Assembly (NCBI RefSeq): GCF_024521635.1
Contig: NW_026250403.1
Location: forward strand, 3,100,001 to 3,164,000
DNA: 64,000 nt
Direction: 5' to 3'
Source of the DNA: Tricharina praecox
Lineage: Eukaryota
Part shown: one piece after another, positions 50,801-64,000 of the stretch
How the letters are laid out: every line of letters starts with the position of its first letter
Numbering within the stretch: position 1 is the stretch's first letter
The notes under the pieces: model-generated
The model's database searches: none
Seen by the model: only the letters and a program-made list of their open reading frames with translations
Told to the model about the DNA's origin: nothing
Translations under genes and position numbers: made by a program

Positions 50801-53800
50801 ATGGCAAGGCCTACCATCAGGAAAAAAAAAGAAAAAGAAACAGTATCCAAAGCCCGGTCCCGAGCCCTGGGTGTGCAGATAGGCTTAGATGGCATGAGCA
50901 GAAGGCTGGCTCGATACGCAGATCGTCGAACGAACCTGCGACCGAAATTAGGTCCAGAAGTTATCCCACAAAGTCGGAACGGATGTTTGGGCTGGAGGTT
51001 TCCCGGGTGCACCACTCCGGAGTAGGACCGCCGTGAGAGACCTTGGAGGGGTGGGAATTCGCGGCGTCCTGGTGGGGGGTTAAACTATTCATCTACCCCG
51101 CACCGTCGGACACAAGGAGTATGTAGGTACATACATCGCAACATGATGGGTGCTTCACCAGTCGGAGGTAGTTTCGAAACGAAATAGGCCCCGCCCCAAC
51201 AGTGTTCGGCGTAGGGGAGCATTCGTGGTCGGCGGCGGCGAAAGCCTATCCGTATTATACACACCCCCTTCAAAACATGGTGGCTGCACCAGCCTCTTTA
51301 TTCACAGCCAGCTGCCACGGCAGTCAACCAGACTACGATAGCACCGAATGAATATCCATCCGCTAACTCTGCTATTACTGACACGCGGCGGCGGCAGTTC
51401 GTCGATCACCAAAGCGGACTGCCGGCAGGGCCGACAGCTCCAGGTCCACGGTAGAGGGAAAGCTCCCTCAATACATCGTCTCGATGACCCTCCATCTCCA
51501 TTACCGGCACGCCATCGCATCGTGCTGGCTTCCCTTTCGAACGAGTGTCATCCGGACCACACACAGGCTGATTCGCACCGACTGCCAGCTGTTCCTGAGG
51601 ATGTGTTGCCGGAAGCCCTTTGGCGTGGTTGCAAAACACGTGTCACGACCGCCAGCTTCAGGCGAGCGGATCTCACGACGGAGGGGGTGAGGGGAACAAC
51701 GCAACTCTAGCGCAGAGAAATACAAGAAACCGTGGGGATATTCGTCGGTGTGCGGGGTGGTCGAAGGCCGAGATTTCTGGGTGGTTGGAAACGTCGTGAA
51801 GGCGCTGTTCTGGCGGTGAGCTGCTCAATGACGTACGGGTTTCAGTACGCAAGTCCTGATGCGGCCTAGAGGACCGTACGCTGTGTGTTCGAGATTGCTC
51901 CAGACTTATCATAGCAACTGAGCCCCACGTCTCGACTCCACTCTAGAGCTTCTCTTTTTTTCCTCTTCCGCTGGCGAACCACGCTTCCACTCGCTTTTCC
52001 CCTCACGAAGGAGTGGGTGGGTGTGTCATGGCATGGCGCGGCTACGGTTGCTCTTCGTGTCAGCAAACAGACCCCGGCAAGGTGAGGAATCATGTACGTG
52101 CTTTTGGTGTATGTAGATGGATAGATTACATACTTGGGTACTTTCCTGGTTATCTGGACCCTGAGTTTCGTTTGTAGGTGGGGTGGTGATCGAGAGGGGT
52201 ATGTAGGTGCTAGGCAGGTAGGTCTCGTGCTGATGCCAAGGTTCTGCGGTTCCTGAGGGTCGGGTCTGCCGCACCCCTCCAACTGGCTGCTCTGCTGGGG
52301 CCTGCTGCGTTGGATATTCCTGGATGTTCGTCCGTTCTTTGGATTGGCAGTCGAAGCGTTGGAATGCCAGATGCAGTATCTTCGTACATGTCCCGGTACG
52401 ATGTGGGTTGCACTGTGCATCCGGTGCGATAGTTAGTTAATGCGTCGAACGGACAGATGTGCCACAGTGCGCCCCGCGGTCGTTGGATTTCCGCGCGCTC
52501 AGCTCGTGAACGACGAAAAATCGGATATCTCGATGGGGGCGGGCCTGTGAGGGAGAGCCGAGGACATCAACTCTGTCATCGTGCGCATAGCGTGCATGTA
52601 CCTATCACACCTGGGTCCTGTATACCGCCTTCGATGCCCGGCTTGAAGAGATTTCGCGATAAGAACGGAGAATGTAGGAATGAAGTATGTACGTACAGGC
52701 CTCCCCACCAGGCAAAGTTAAAGTGGACGTCCACTCAGCGGACATCGGAGTCTACTAGAGTATATTGCACGGGATTTGCGTGATGACACCACCACCACAA
52801 CCACCAGCATGACGTGATGGTGCAGCGGAGGGGGAGTCCATGTACTGCTTGTAGTATGTAAGTACATATGTCCATACTCGAAGACTTGAGGGTGAAATTG
52901 CTGATATTCCACTTACATACAATAGATATTGAGAGACCCGAGGGCGGAACCGCGGATAATCCACTTACAATGGATAGTGAGAGACCCAAAAACAGGTGAG
53001 GAACAAAAACGTGATCAATTGAGCTAGAATTCTCGGTCGATGATCATGGTGATGGTGATGTACAAGGTGAGTGTCTGATGATGACCGACCAACGGACAGG
53101 AAGAACAGAAATAGTCGCAACAGCAATAATTCAACGTCCAACGACCGCATCGGGCCTGCATCTACTCTAGTCCCACCAGGTCTCAACAAGGTCTCCTCTC
53201 TCCGGTGCTCACCGATGACGCCAAGCCGCCTTTTCCTTTGCGCCCTCAATAGGTAACCACTGGCCCACGGCCCTCAACCTCTCGGCCAACGTTACGTATC
53301 CGAACACGATTCATCCGGTGTACGTACGAGGTCTAAATTCTGCTGCTGTCTGCCAGCGATACCGGTACATACTATACCTACTCTATAGCCAAGTATGCCT
53401 TACCGTACCTTCTACCTATCGTTGGCCCCGAGTCACGCCACGCCGACAACGATGCCCGTCCGGACTTGGACCGGTGCCTCGGGATTTGCCACAACGAATG
53501 GTGACTATGCCGGGCCAACTGCCTAGCACTCTGTTTCCGGTCGGCCACTGGCCATGGGATTTGTCCCCGTCGTGCAGATGGCCATAGGCACTTACTTTTG
53601 TACATACATATCAACCCGGCGAATGAATCATTAGCCATTGCGATGGAGATGCAGCCAGAACTGCAATTCAAGCTCATCATGATGGGCCCCTCAAAAGCGA
53701 GATGAGTCGCCATGGATACGGTAAGGGTGAGTGCTCGGTCAACTGACTGGCCACCGATCTGAAACCTTTCCAGATGCGCAAAGATGGAGCCTATCAACGT

Positions 53801-54232
53801 CCAAACTTCGAGACACGTTTGTTTCCCGGTACGTACTTATGCTTATTGGAAGGCAAAAAACTCAAAATAAGAATAAATCTTTCGCCAAATAAATTGGGAT
53901 CCGTCATTTGAACATTTTGAAAACCCATAGTTACTCTAGAGGTCTGTAGAAGATGGAAGGGTTCGGCTATGTACCCTCCCCACAAATCTCTGTCCCTGCC
54001 GCCTAGCTGATGTGCATTATCACTTCATGCGACACGTTCAGCGCTCGCATTAAATTTTCCAATCCTTCCAAGGCCGTCCAGCTGTCACGTGACACAAACG
54101 GATGGTCCCCTCCTCGGTTCTGGATCCTTACCGTTCTCTTATTCGGTAGATACTCAATTCCCCTGCGCACGTCGTCGTCAGCGATCAACACGCAGTCCAC
54201 TCGGGGGAGATATTCGCTCCACGTCCTACACG

Positions 54233-55453
54233 ATGGCCCTTAACACGCTCTTTCTCTCGGACAGCAGCCAAATCTCGACGGTGTCGCCGGTTCCCAACAT
54301 CACGGGCAGGACCTTTTTTTCGCACCTACACCCGCCGACGCGCCAGAACTACAGCAAATGGACCGTGAACCTCAGCTCGTCGTTCGCGAGTCCGCCCTCG
54401 CTCACTACCGACATGCTCACCATCACCGACGCGATGACGTCGGACGGCGCCCCGCACCCGGACCCGGTGTTTGTCCTGTACGCGACGCTGAACTGGTACT
54501 TCCACCTGCCGACGCCGACGAACCCGCCGGCGATCCCGGGCGCGCCGCGGAAGGAGTGGTCAGTGAACCTCGACCGCGTCGGGCTGTTCGCACGCGAGGA
54601 AGCCCTGGCCGCCGCCGAGCAGGCGGGCTTGATCCTGCTGTTTGATAGCTCCATTCCCGACGGGTCGCTGCTACCCCCGCGCCGTCAAGCGCGCCTTCTG
54701 GCAGATCTCGTATCCGTTCATGAAGTTACCCAGCCCCGTTGTATACACCATCTCGGCGTTTGGCGTGCGCCACCCGATACGCCCGCGTCCCGCGCGCCTC
54801 CTGTATAGACGCCACGTGCCGAGCTTGAACGCGGTGCTGACGTTCCGGCTTGCGCGGCTAGACGATGCCCCCCTGGTCAACAAGTGGATGAATACCCCGC
54901 GTGTATCGGCCTTCTGGGGCGAGTCCGGGCCGATCGCGAAAACGGCGGATTTCTTAAGGCAGAATCTGGAGAAACGGCATTCGTTCCCCGTGATTGGGAG
55001 CTGGGAGGAAGTCGTCGTCAGGGATGGACGGGTGATGGAGGGTGGTGTCGAGGAGCCATTCGGATACTTCGAGATCTATTGGGTAAAAGAGGATCGCCTG
55101 GGCCAGCTCTGCGAAGCACAGGACTGGGAGAGGGGGTTACACGTGCTTGTCGGAGAGCAGAAGTTCCGGGGCGCGCAGAGGGTCAGGGGATGGCTGGGGG
55201 GGCTCTGCCATTACTGCTTCTGCGACGATCCGAGGACGATGAGGCTAAGCTTGGAACCGCGAGTCGACAATGCCAGGTGAGTCTTCCGGATGACGCGATA
55301 TGTGCGGGTGGATAACTGACACACTTTCGATGTAGATTTATCGGCTATCTCCAGCAAGAAGGTTTCGCCAAGGAGAGGGAGGTGACTTTTCCGCACAAGC
55401 AGTCGGCATTGATGAGGTTGACTCGCGAGGCATGGGACGGACCTTCTGCCTGA
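54233..55453 (+). CDS. sidL: Siderophore biosynthesis N5-hydroxyornithine acyltransferase, SidL-like (GNAT/AlcB; ~386 aa if the +1 frameshift near 54675 is corrected)
   Basis: C-terminal domain 'HPIRP..LYRRHVPSL..LTFR..KWMNTPRVSAFWGE..PFGYFEIYWVKED..RGLHVLVGE..HYCFCDDPRT..EPRVDN', intron 55277-55335, then 'FPHKQSALM..REAW'. No PTS1. The N-terminal half is in a different frame with no plausible intron at the junction. Confidence 0.8.
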
Positions 55454-56744
55454 GCTGTGCGCGCCGGGAGTTTGTTGATAACCTAGTACATAGAAGGGTA
55501 CTACCATTTGCTTGCCTACTTGGCGGCGTTTTTGGTGCATTGACGAAAAGCGGAAGTTGTTACCCTATTTGCTTGAACCCGTCGGAAGGAAGTAGCCATC
55601 GGTGAATACTTGTGCTCAAGGACTTTAATTTTCCTCTCTGATTGCTTCTTCGCTTGATTCTTCGCTTGTTTGCTTGTTGCTTCTTTGTGATGGTCGGGAA
55701 CCCGAATCACGTCCACTTTCTGTCAATTCACATTGTAACGATGAATTACCACGCCATTCCGTGAAACCGTGTGATCTCACCCGCGCTCAACCGAGCCATT
55801 GAATCTGTACATTAAGTTTCTATGAACCAGCGAGTGCCGTTTACAGACTTCTTTGGGCAACACCTGTTGTCCCAGAACCAGAACTCCGGTCGAATCTCGA
55901 CAGGAGAAGACACCGGCGTCTGGAACCGGCCTCTACACGCCATTCACGAGTAGCCAATAAACTTTGACTTTTACCTTCCTACTCCAAGTCTCCAACGATG
56001 AGAGTACTAGTAACGTTGCAATTGCCGAGCTAGAACAGCAACGTAGCAACAGTAGCTGTCGGATTACCGTATGTGGCGGGGATGTGTAAGCACCGCTTCT
56101 CACTCGGTAATTTCTATTTTCAAACCGGATACGAATGCGAATCCGTCTCGATTCAATGGTTTCTCGGGGTCGGTGCGGACGATGCAGCAAGCGAGGTACC
56201 TGCTATATCCGAGTGGGAGCTCGGGGAGTGGGAAGGAAGGCACCCGAAGAGGAGGTTGAGGAAGTTGAGGAACTACCTAGGGTCGCTTCCGTTGTTCCTC
56301 CCCCACTCCCTCCTTCTTGGCTTCTCCTGATCAAGAGGCAGGGGGCGAGACGGGGTAAACATGGAAGGGAATCTGTCTCTTTCCAGTATCATTTCCTGGG
56401 TGCACTCTACGAGTACTTGTGTCGCTGGGGACAGGCCAGGGCGGAGGGTAGGGGAAGCCACATCGGGCTGCTACTTGACGAAAGTTGGATTGAACAGTGG
56501 ACACGGAAACGGAGTGTGAGTGTGTATATTGCCATGATCTAGATAGGTCACATGCGATGAATGAGTAAACCAAACATCTCAAATCGATGGAGAAGCGGGG
56601 ATAGCTATTTGAAGAGTATGTAGCAAAACTGATATCAGGGCAGTGGCTTTCAAGTTTCGCGTCCCATTTCACTCACGCTCAGCATCAGTAGCAACGATGT
56701 CACACCGACTAAGGACTTCGGAGAGAGAAGATTGCCAATCGCGT

Positions 56745-57287
56745 CTATTCCCCGCGGTTTCCCTCCTTCAGAAAGTGTCTCCACTCCGCCGCCTTCTCCT
56801 CCCCGACCAGCCCAACAAGCCTACTCCAAACCAGAAACTCATGATCCCTCAGGTCGAATCCGGGCACGACCACCTCGCTGATCAACAGCCCCTCACCGTC
56901 ACCGCCATCTTCCAACGGCTCAAGCGCGGAAGACTTCCACACGCCGCCCTCAACGACCCACATGATCTTCTCTCCCTTCTCGACATCGGGGCCGACCACA
57001 TACTCCTCTACGCGGCCGTCCTCATGGATCAGCCGATACCTGCCTCTGCCGCGATGGTGCAGGTGGTACGTGAGCGCCTTGTTGCGGTGGAAGTGACCGA
57101 TCGGCGACGCGGGCGTGAGAAGGTAGTGGATGCTCGTGGAAGCCAGACGGACCGTGTCGTCCGGGTTGGCCGGGTTCGGGAACGGGTTGGGCACTGTCCG
57201 CGGGTTCTCGTGTATGCGGCGGAAGAAGCCGCCTTCGGGGTGCGGCGCGAGGGAGAGCTGTGTGGCTAGCTGGGAGTCGGACGACAT
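56745..57287 (-). CDS. DUF985 / Cupin_5 protein (YML079W-like, 180 aa)
   Basis: 'LSLAPHPEGGFFR', 'ASTSIHYLL', 'GHFHRN', 'WVVEGGVWKSS', 'LISEVVVPGFD..DHEF'. Confidence 0.92.
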   Translation of the reverse strand: MSSDSQLATQLSLAPHPEGGFFRRIHENPRTVPNPFPNPANPDDTVRLASTSIHYLLTPASPIGHFHRNKALTYHLHHRGRGRYRLIHEDGRVEEYVVGPDVEKGEKIMWVVEGGVWKSSALEPLEDGGDGEGLLISEVVVPGFDLRDHEFLVWSRLVGLVGEEKAAEWRHFLKEGNRGE

Positions 57288-57654
57288 GTTGGCGGGGTAT
57301 GTAGGTGCGGCGACGGTGTCGGATGTTCGGAATGGCTGGGAATATCCGGGAACTAGGTAGCTGTCATGGTGATATGTGAAGCTTGTCCTGGTGACACAAG
57401 CTTACGACGCCATTGCATGGTTACGCAGGGATACCGGTACGGTATCGAGTAGCCGTGGTACATACGTAACACTGGGGCCGCTGGGGATGCTGTGTTGATG
57501 GCGAAGCGAGGAAAATAAGACGGCGGAGGCGGATATCCGGAAGACCGGCTCGGTCTCTCTCTCTTCTTCTTCTCTTTATCTGAGTTGCCGTGGCGGTCGT
57601 TGATATAGTTTTCGGCCAGTGTTGTACCTACTAAAGTATAGACTACCATGCTTG

Positions 57655-59300
57655 ATGATGTCCGCTTCACCCCAATCAAAAAAATCACTCCTACACTCGC
57701 GGCAACGATCGCGATCCCGATCGATATCGCCTTCGCCATCCTCTCCTTCGGACCTCAACTATACCACCGCGTCATCCAATGAACTCGCCCAAGTCCCCAT
57801 CCCAGCTCCAGCGAGCTGGCTCACCCTCCCGCACAAACGCCAACTCTTCGTCCTCGCGCTCTGTCGACTGAGCGAGCCCCTCACCAATACCTCACTGCTA
57901 AGCTACCTCTACTTCCTGATCGAGTCCTTCCACTCGCCGGGCACGGCGCCTCCATCCGCGGCGACCATCGCGCGTCGCGCCGGAATCCTCGCCTCCTCAT
58001 TCGCGCTTTCGCAATGTCTCACGGGGATGGTATGGGGACGGCTATCAGACCACATCGGACGCAAGCCATGTGTTCTCCTCGGGCTGCTCGGCAGCGCGCT
58101 CTCGATCCTCGGCTTTGGCTTCTCGGAGACGTTTGAGAGCGCTCTGATGTTCCGCGTGCTGGCCGGCTGTCTGAACGGGAATGTGGGCGTGCTGAGGACT
58201 ATGCTGAGCGAGACCATACGCGAGAAGAGGCATCAGAGCCGTGCGTTCCTCATCATGCCTATGTGCTTCAACGTAGGCATCATCCTTGGCCCCGCGTTGG
58301 GCGGCGTCCTCGCTGATCCGGCGAGCTCGTGGCCGGAGGTCTTTGGGAATTGGGAGTGGTGCCACAGGCATAGGTGGGCGCTGCCGAATGTGGTCAGCGC
58401 CATGTTCTTGATGGGGAGCTTTATTGCGGGACTGATGTTCCTGGACGAGGTACATATTCCAAGTACCATCCGTATGATCGGAGCGGAACGAGAGCTAATG
58501 GATACCAGACGCTGGAAAGCAAGAAGCATCGCAGCCTCAGTCGCGACGTACAATCCTTCCTATCGCGTCAATTCCATCGTCTACGCGGGGATCAAACAGA
58601 TGAGACCTCGCCCCTCATCGCCAAGCCAGCCACACCACCGCCGCCGTCCCCACCGCGCAAAATCCTGACTCCCAACATAATCAAGACGTTATTTTCGTTT
58701 ATGCTCCTGCCGCTGCACAACAGCACGTTCATGAACCTGTACCCACTGTTACTCTCAGCGCCGCACGGCACACCTCTGCACGGCGGGCTCTCGCTCTCTG
58801 CGCAGTCCGTAGGCCTCGCGCTATCGATCCTCGGCGCCGTCGGAATCGCCTTCCAGCTCCTCCTGTACCCGCCGCTGCAAGCACACTTTGGCCTCCTCCG
58901 CTCGTTCCAGCTCGGCTGCTGCCTCTTCCCGGTAGCATACATGCTCACCCCGTTCCTGTCGTTCCTCAGCCCGGGCTCTACGGTCATGTGGGCCGGCATC
59001 ATGGGGATCCTCGGGATGCAAGTAGCCGCGCGAACGTTTGCGCTCCCTGGCAGCGTGATATTGCTGACCAATAGTGTCGAGGAGGAGGGCGTGCTCGGCA
59101 CTGTCCACGGCATCGGAAGCAGCCTGGCGAGTGCCGGGAGAGCCGTAGGGCCTGTGATGGGCGCGTGGCTGTTTGCCGTCGGACTCGAGGGCAGTGGCGG
59201 GATGGGCATCGGCGGCGTATTTTGGGGGCTAGCGACAGTCGCTGCTACTGGTGCCGTGTGGGGGCTGAGGCTGAAGGAGGGGAGGGGGTTGGGCGTGTAG
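57655..59300 (+). CDS. MFS transporter, DHA1/YCR023C-like (~528 aa)
   Basis: Exons 57655-58449 and 58509-59300. MFS motif A 'WGRLSDHIGRKP', 'LNGNVGVLRTMLSE', 'GIILGPALGG', and many hydrophobic helices. Confidence 0.93.
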
Positions 59301-62300
59301 ATTTCACAGTTCGATCTAGAGGACACCGACAAAGACATTCATAGAGTAGAGTAGAGTAGAGTAACCGAAACAAAACATACCAGTACCAAAGTACGGGCTT
59401 GAAACACTCCACGCCTAATCGTCCGTAATGTGGAAATTTGAAACCAGCAATGCTGCATGTATGTATGTACCGGATGAAAAATCACATTCCAAGCTTTGCA
59501 CCGTGCCCGATACCCAACTCCCATCAGCTGCTTTGTCTGTCCGTCTATCTGCTCTGTTGTAATATCTCACTCGATACTCAGTCATCGTGGAAAGACACGG
59601 GCCTTCGCCCCTTTCCTACACTTGTGGCTATGTACAGCCCCCCTTCTCTAGACATAATACACACACACACTGTAATTCATCCATTCAGTCGCTATTCACA
59701 GTTCACAACATGCTCCGCGCGCTCGATTCCGAGTGACCTACTATGTCTATGTCCATGTCCAGCCACGTCTCAAGCTCTCACTCGCCGCGCCACTTCATTT
59801 CAATAACAGCCACAGCCACAGCGAGAAAAGAAAGAAAAAATGCCTGGCATGGACTCCGCATGGAATACATCCATTCTCCATTCTCTCATCTCTCTTCTCT
59901 CGTCTCCCGTTTAGGCCCTGGGGGAGGGGTGGTCCAGCCTCACTTCAGCGTGGCTGCGCGGGCTGACTCGTGAGGCGCAGCACGGCGCTTCCCATAACTG
60001 CACTCCACATGTCTGCAATACCTTCCTGAAAAACCTGAAAAACCTGAAAAACCTGCAATACCTGCAATATCTGTCGTCACGAGTCACGATGAGATCCGGG
60101 ATCTGGGATTTGAGTACGAGGTAGGTAGGTATGAGGTAGGTATGCACGAATGACTACACAACTGACTACCTACACGACCGACTACGGTGCAGGTGCAGGT
60201 ACACGGGTACATACCGTACCTACTTCATACCTACGCACGCAGACACGCAGGCATGCAGAACCCGGGAATCGGAGCCTGGCCAGCACATTCGCACAGCCCG
60301 CTTTAGAAGAGAGTAGAGGTGTGGGCGCTGGGCTTCTGGGCTTCTGGGACGGGGAGGTGAGCACGATTTCAGGGACGGACTGGGAGTAGTGGTGGGGGCT
60401 GTAGGTTCTCAGGTCTCGTCGGGTATACCTATACCGTATAGGTATGCCGCAATCGGCTCTACAAGAGATTTTGAGAAGCGCGTGAACCAACGACTGCGCA
60501 CTCATTCTTCTCCGCTGTGCTTCTGCGGCAACTGTGACGCACTATCGCCCTTTGCTGTCGTCGCGATAAACTAAGCGCTTGCTCAGCGTTACTGTGGGTA
60601 GCTAAAGATCGTCTCGCCTCGCCTGGAAGACTGTAATATACTGCAGTACATAGTAACCGCTTTCATCGTGAATACTTACCTAGGACGCAGGTCGAAGTGG
60701 TGCCTTCATTCGCCCTGGTCTGCTGAGTCCAGGATATCCCAACGAGCAGAGTAGGCAAATCGAAAGGAGTGGGAGAAAACGTGAATCTACACTTTACTGC
60801 GTCTGCCACCAACTAGAACGCGGGGCTCGGAAGGATATGTCATATGTGGTTGAGGGCCAAGAAAGCCGAAGAAGCGTCGATGTCTACGCAGGAGGGAAGG
60901 CTACAATGAGCGCTGCTATCATAGTTAACCAATCATCCCCAGGCCACGGTCCAGCGGGGGTTCTGTGCGCCTTCTCGCTGGTTGCTTTAGGAACAGGTCC
61001 TTGTGTCATTCGATACCGCGTCCCGACCATGAGCACGTTCTCGTATGGCGGGGGGGACGTCGTCTCAACTTTACTTTTCGGATCGCCCTCCCTTACATGT
61101 ACCACGAACCATAGGTCTATAGCTAATCGTCAGTTCATCCAATCCACCATACAATCCTCCTCTCCCTCCCTGCCTAGAGCTGGAAGGGAGCTGGGCGTGG
61201 AGTTCGCGGAGTTGTCTCGCCCGTCTCGCCAGTCTCGGTATTCCGACGAACGATCTGTTCCGTCCACCTGTAGCTGAACATCCAGCTTCGCTTAGGTACT
61301 TGCAATGTATCCAAAGTACGATACCAGTAGGCCGTCTACGAGCGTCCGGAGATAGGTAGCCACGATTTGCGTTCGAGGCCCGTTGAAGCTCGGGCTTCGC
61401 TCTTACCACCGGGGTACCACCAAGTTCGGCGGGAAGGCTTAAGTAGTGGGTGGGTGGAGTGGAAGCGGTGAGGGTGTCGTAGGGTATATTCGAAGAGCAG
61501 CGGTGCCGCACGCGGGGACGCAGGACAGGACCGGACTGCTGTCTTGGTGAAGATGTGTCGGCGAAGGCTCGGATAGTGAAATCGCTTGCTTGCTGTGGGA
61601 GTAGCCATTATCATTGCATACCTGTGTCATTGTCATCGCCAATGCCATTGTTGTTGCCGCAGGTAGTAGAAATGAAATTCCATGGAACTTAGAACGCTAC
61701 CGATTCTGAAACCACCACGGTTCCAAGAATAGCCACCAGGAGCCAAGCTGCCAAAGAGGCTCGCAAATTGCAATCACATGTGTCTTAGTTTCTGGTACCT
61801 GTGTAGTGTGAATGGCAAGTGGCAGTCACCAGGAGCTTAAACTTGTCAATGTGTCATGCACTGCACTGCCACCTTACAGTAGATTGTAGGATACCGAGTG
61901 GCGCATCATGACTCACCGTGACCCCAATGATCGGACCGATTCCGGCAATTCATGCAACCCAACCAAGTAGTCACCACTCAGCCGCAAGCAAGCCACCCTT
62001 CCAACATTCAACTTCCAACTTTCCATTCGCTCCATCCCACTTAAGCCTCCAAGTTCCTCAAGTTCAACTTTCAAGTTAAACCCAGCTCGAGCTCGGGAAA
62101 GCTCGGATCTGATCGGGGGCGCAGGGATGGCTCGTTCATTCGTATGTAAGCTTACATTATGCTCGCCGCCGCCGCTTGTTTGGTTGCTTACTGGAAGCGA
62201 CGAGATGGAAGCAGGATGGAAGCAAGACGGAAGATGGAAGGATTTTTAAGCTGGTTTTATTTATGCTCGTCACGTCATGAAAGAAGAAAGTAGGTGCGTA

Positions 62301-64000
62301 GAGTAATTTTTGTTTCGTGCTCGGGAATTAGGAGGAGGGAGATGTATCTAGAGTAGCTGTCTAGAGTATCTAGAGTACCTACGGTAGATCCAGAGTGAGC
62401 CCATCCCCCACCGTTGGGGCCCAGAGGGGAGAAGGGGGGGGTGGTACGCCTGGTCACCAGCCTGGTACATAAGTCAACTTGGTATGGTGGAGGGGGGAGC
62501 GTTTGAAAGCCTCCCGAAGAGGATTTTTGTTTTAAAAACATTAAACCCTGAAAGCTCGCCCAAGAAAAACAAAAGTTCGAAGTGGCGTCTACATACATAA
62601 AGGGAAGAGGACGAGCTGGCAGTAACTACGGCAGCATGTATGATGTTGTATGTGTGTGTATGTAGGCTGAGATGGCCGGCCGGGCAGCCAGCGATACGTG
62701 GCATTGTTTGCGGGAAGATCGAGGAAAGTTCTGGGTTGAGATTTCGAGGTGGCAGACAGGCCTGGCAGGCCAGGCCAGGAATGAAACGAGACGGAGGGCG
62801 GGACAGCGAGCGGTTGGTTGGGTGGTCCCTTGATCTCACCCACCCACCCTCATCGATCGACGTCCACGCCGAGAGTGTTTTTTTAAAAAATCAATTGATT
62901 TTTTCTTCTTTCTTTCTTTCGCTGCGATGTTTATTCATCATCTACTATCATAGATTGAGGATAAATGATAGATAAATACGGCAGAGGAGAGTGTTTGCCG
63001 AGGAGCTGCATTGCGAGCGCGAGAATCCATCCATTCCCATAGGCACAGCACTGTGCAGGTGTTTGGTGGGCACCGAGTCTGTAGAGTATGTAGCGTACTG
63101 TACAGACATACAAAATAGAGTACGAGCCCACTACACAGCGCAAATGGTCTGGCCGCACCGTCCGTCCGCACCGTGTGTCGGTCGGTTCGGCCGTGAAGGG
63201 TGTGCTGCATGTACCTGCATCGTCCCAAGCTATTTTTTCTTCGTCAGGCAGGCAAGGCAGGCAAGTAGAGCAAAGCAGAGCAAAGCAGAGCAGAGCAAGG
63301 CGAGCGGCAACACGGAGCGAGAGCGAGAGCTGGGAGCTGTCACAGCTCGTGAGAGGCTGGGAGCTGCTTGCTTGCGAACGGGTCGTTGGGTGGATGTGCG
63401 ATGTCTTGCTTGTCTGGCTGCTGGACAAACCACAACACATGTTACATGTATGTACGGCATGAGGACGAGCGAGCGAGCGAGCAGCGCGCCAGACGAACAC
63501 CTGCGTGCGCTGGTAGGAGCGAGGGCGAACGAGAAGAAAGAAAGAAAGAGAAAAAAAACGCGGGTTTTAGTTATGTACCCCACAGTCGCGGGTGATTGGG
63601 CCAGCAAAGAAAGGAATCCCGTTCTAGGAGGGGGGGGGTGGAGGGGGCATAGGGATTCAGCCCTCTTTTTTTGGCGCGGCGAGACAGACTCCAGAGCGGT
63701 TGTTCTTCTTCCCTGCCTGGCCTGCTGCACCCGGCGAACAACGTTTCGGTCGAGCCCTCCTCATCCTCGTCCCCGGCCGTCCCCTCCCTCTGAGGTGGCT
63801 TGCTACTCTTTTTCTTTTTTCTTTCTTTCGGTGTCGCTGGTTTTGGGGGCCATCACGGAGTTTTCTGCGCGGTTACCTCACCCTGCGGCTGCTGCAGTGG
63901 CGTCGTGGGAGATGCGTGCGGTGTAGACTAGGTCGAGTCTCAAGGCCACTCTAAAAAGTCGGGTAGGCAGAGAGCGGCCAGCTAGGAGAAGTGGTTATGT

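Noticed and set aside
50517-51036. ORFs with SGLWALG / PEPRAQS repeats
   Set aside because: These are translations of the heptamer minisatellite.
60672-60690. ATACTTACCT, resembling the U1 snRNA 5' end
   Set aside because: The downstream sequence lacks U1 features. It is equally the reverse complement of a splice donor, with no supportable gene.
62991-63926. 311-aa ORF
   Set aside because: Non-ATG start, built from simple repeats (GCAAA, GCGA, poly-G/A), no motifs.

Overview
Eukaryotic DNA from a filamentous ascomycete: short GT-AG introns with CTRAC-like branch points and long microsatellite-rich intergenic tracts. A Pezizomycete origin is a guess from genome style only. Supported genes: a hypothetical membrane protein with an F-box-like segment and Cys-rich tail, an FAD-dependent monooxygenase, mitoribosomal bL31m (MRPL36), the Cdc42 GEF CDC24/scd1, a SAM-dependent O-methyltransferase, a peroxisomal alcohol oxidase, a stand-alone Copia-type gag ORF, two paralogous ~95-aa dsRBD-like micro-genes, a SidL-like siderophore acyltransferase split by a +1 frameshift, a DUF985 cupin and an MFS transporter. 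The most unusual part is ~33.7-47.5 kb: three LTR-like repeat copies, a degenerate ~21-bp array, an intact gag with no pol, and then the two small dsRNA-binding-like paralogs. Also noted: a second truncated gag relic, a perfect 50-bp palindrome and a candidate distant in-frame micro-exon for CDC24. I recognised no rRNA, tRNA or CRISPR. Family calls come from motif recognition by eye, not database searches.
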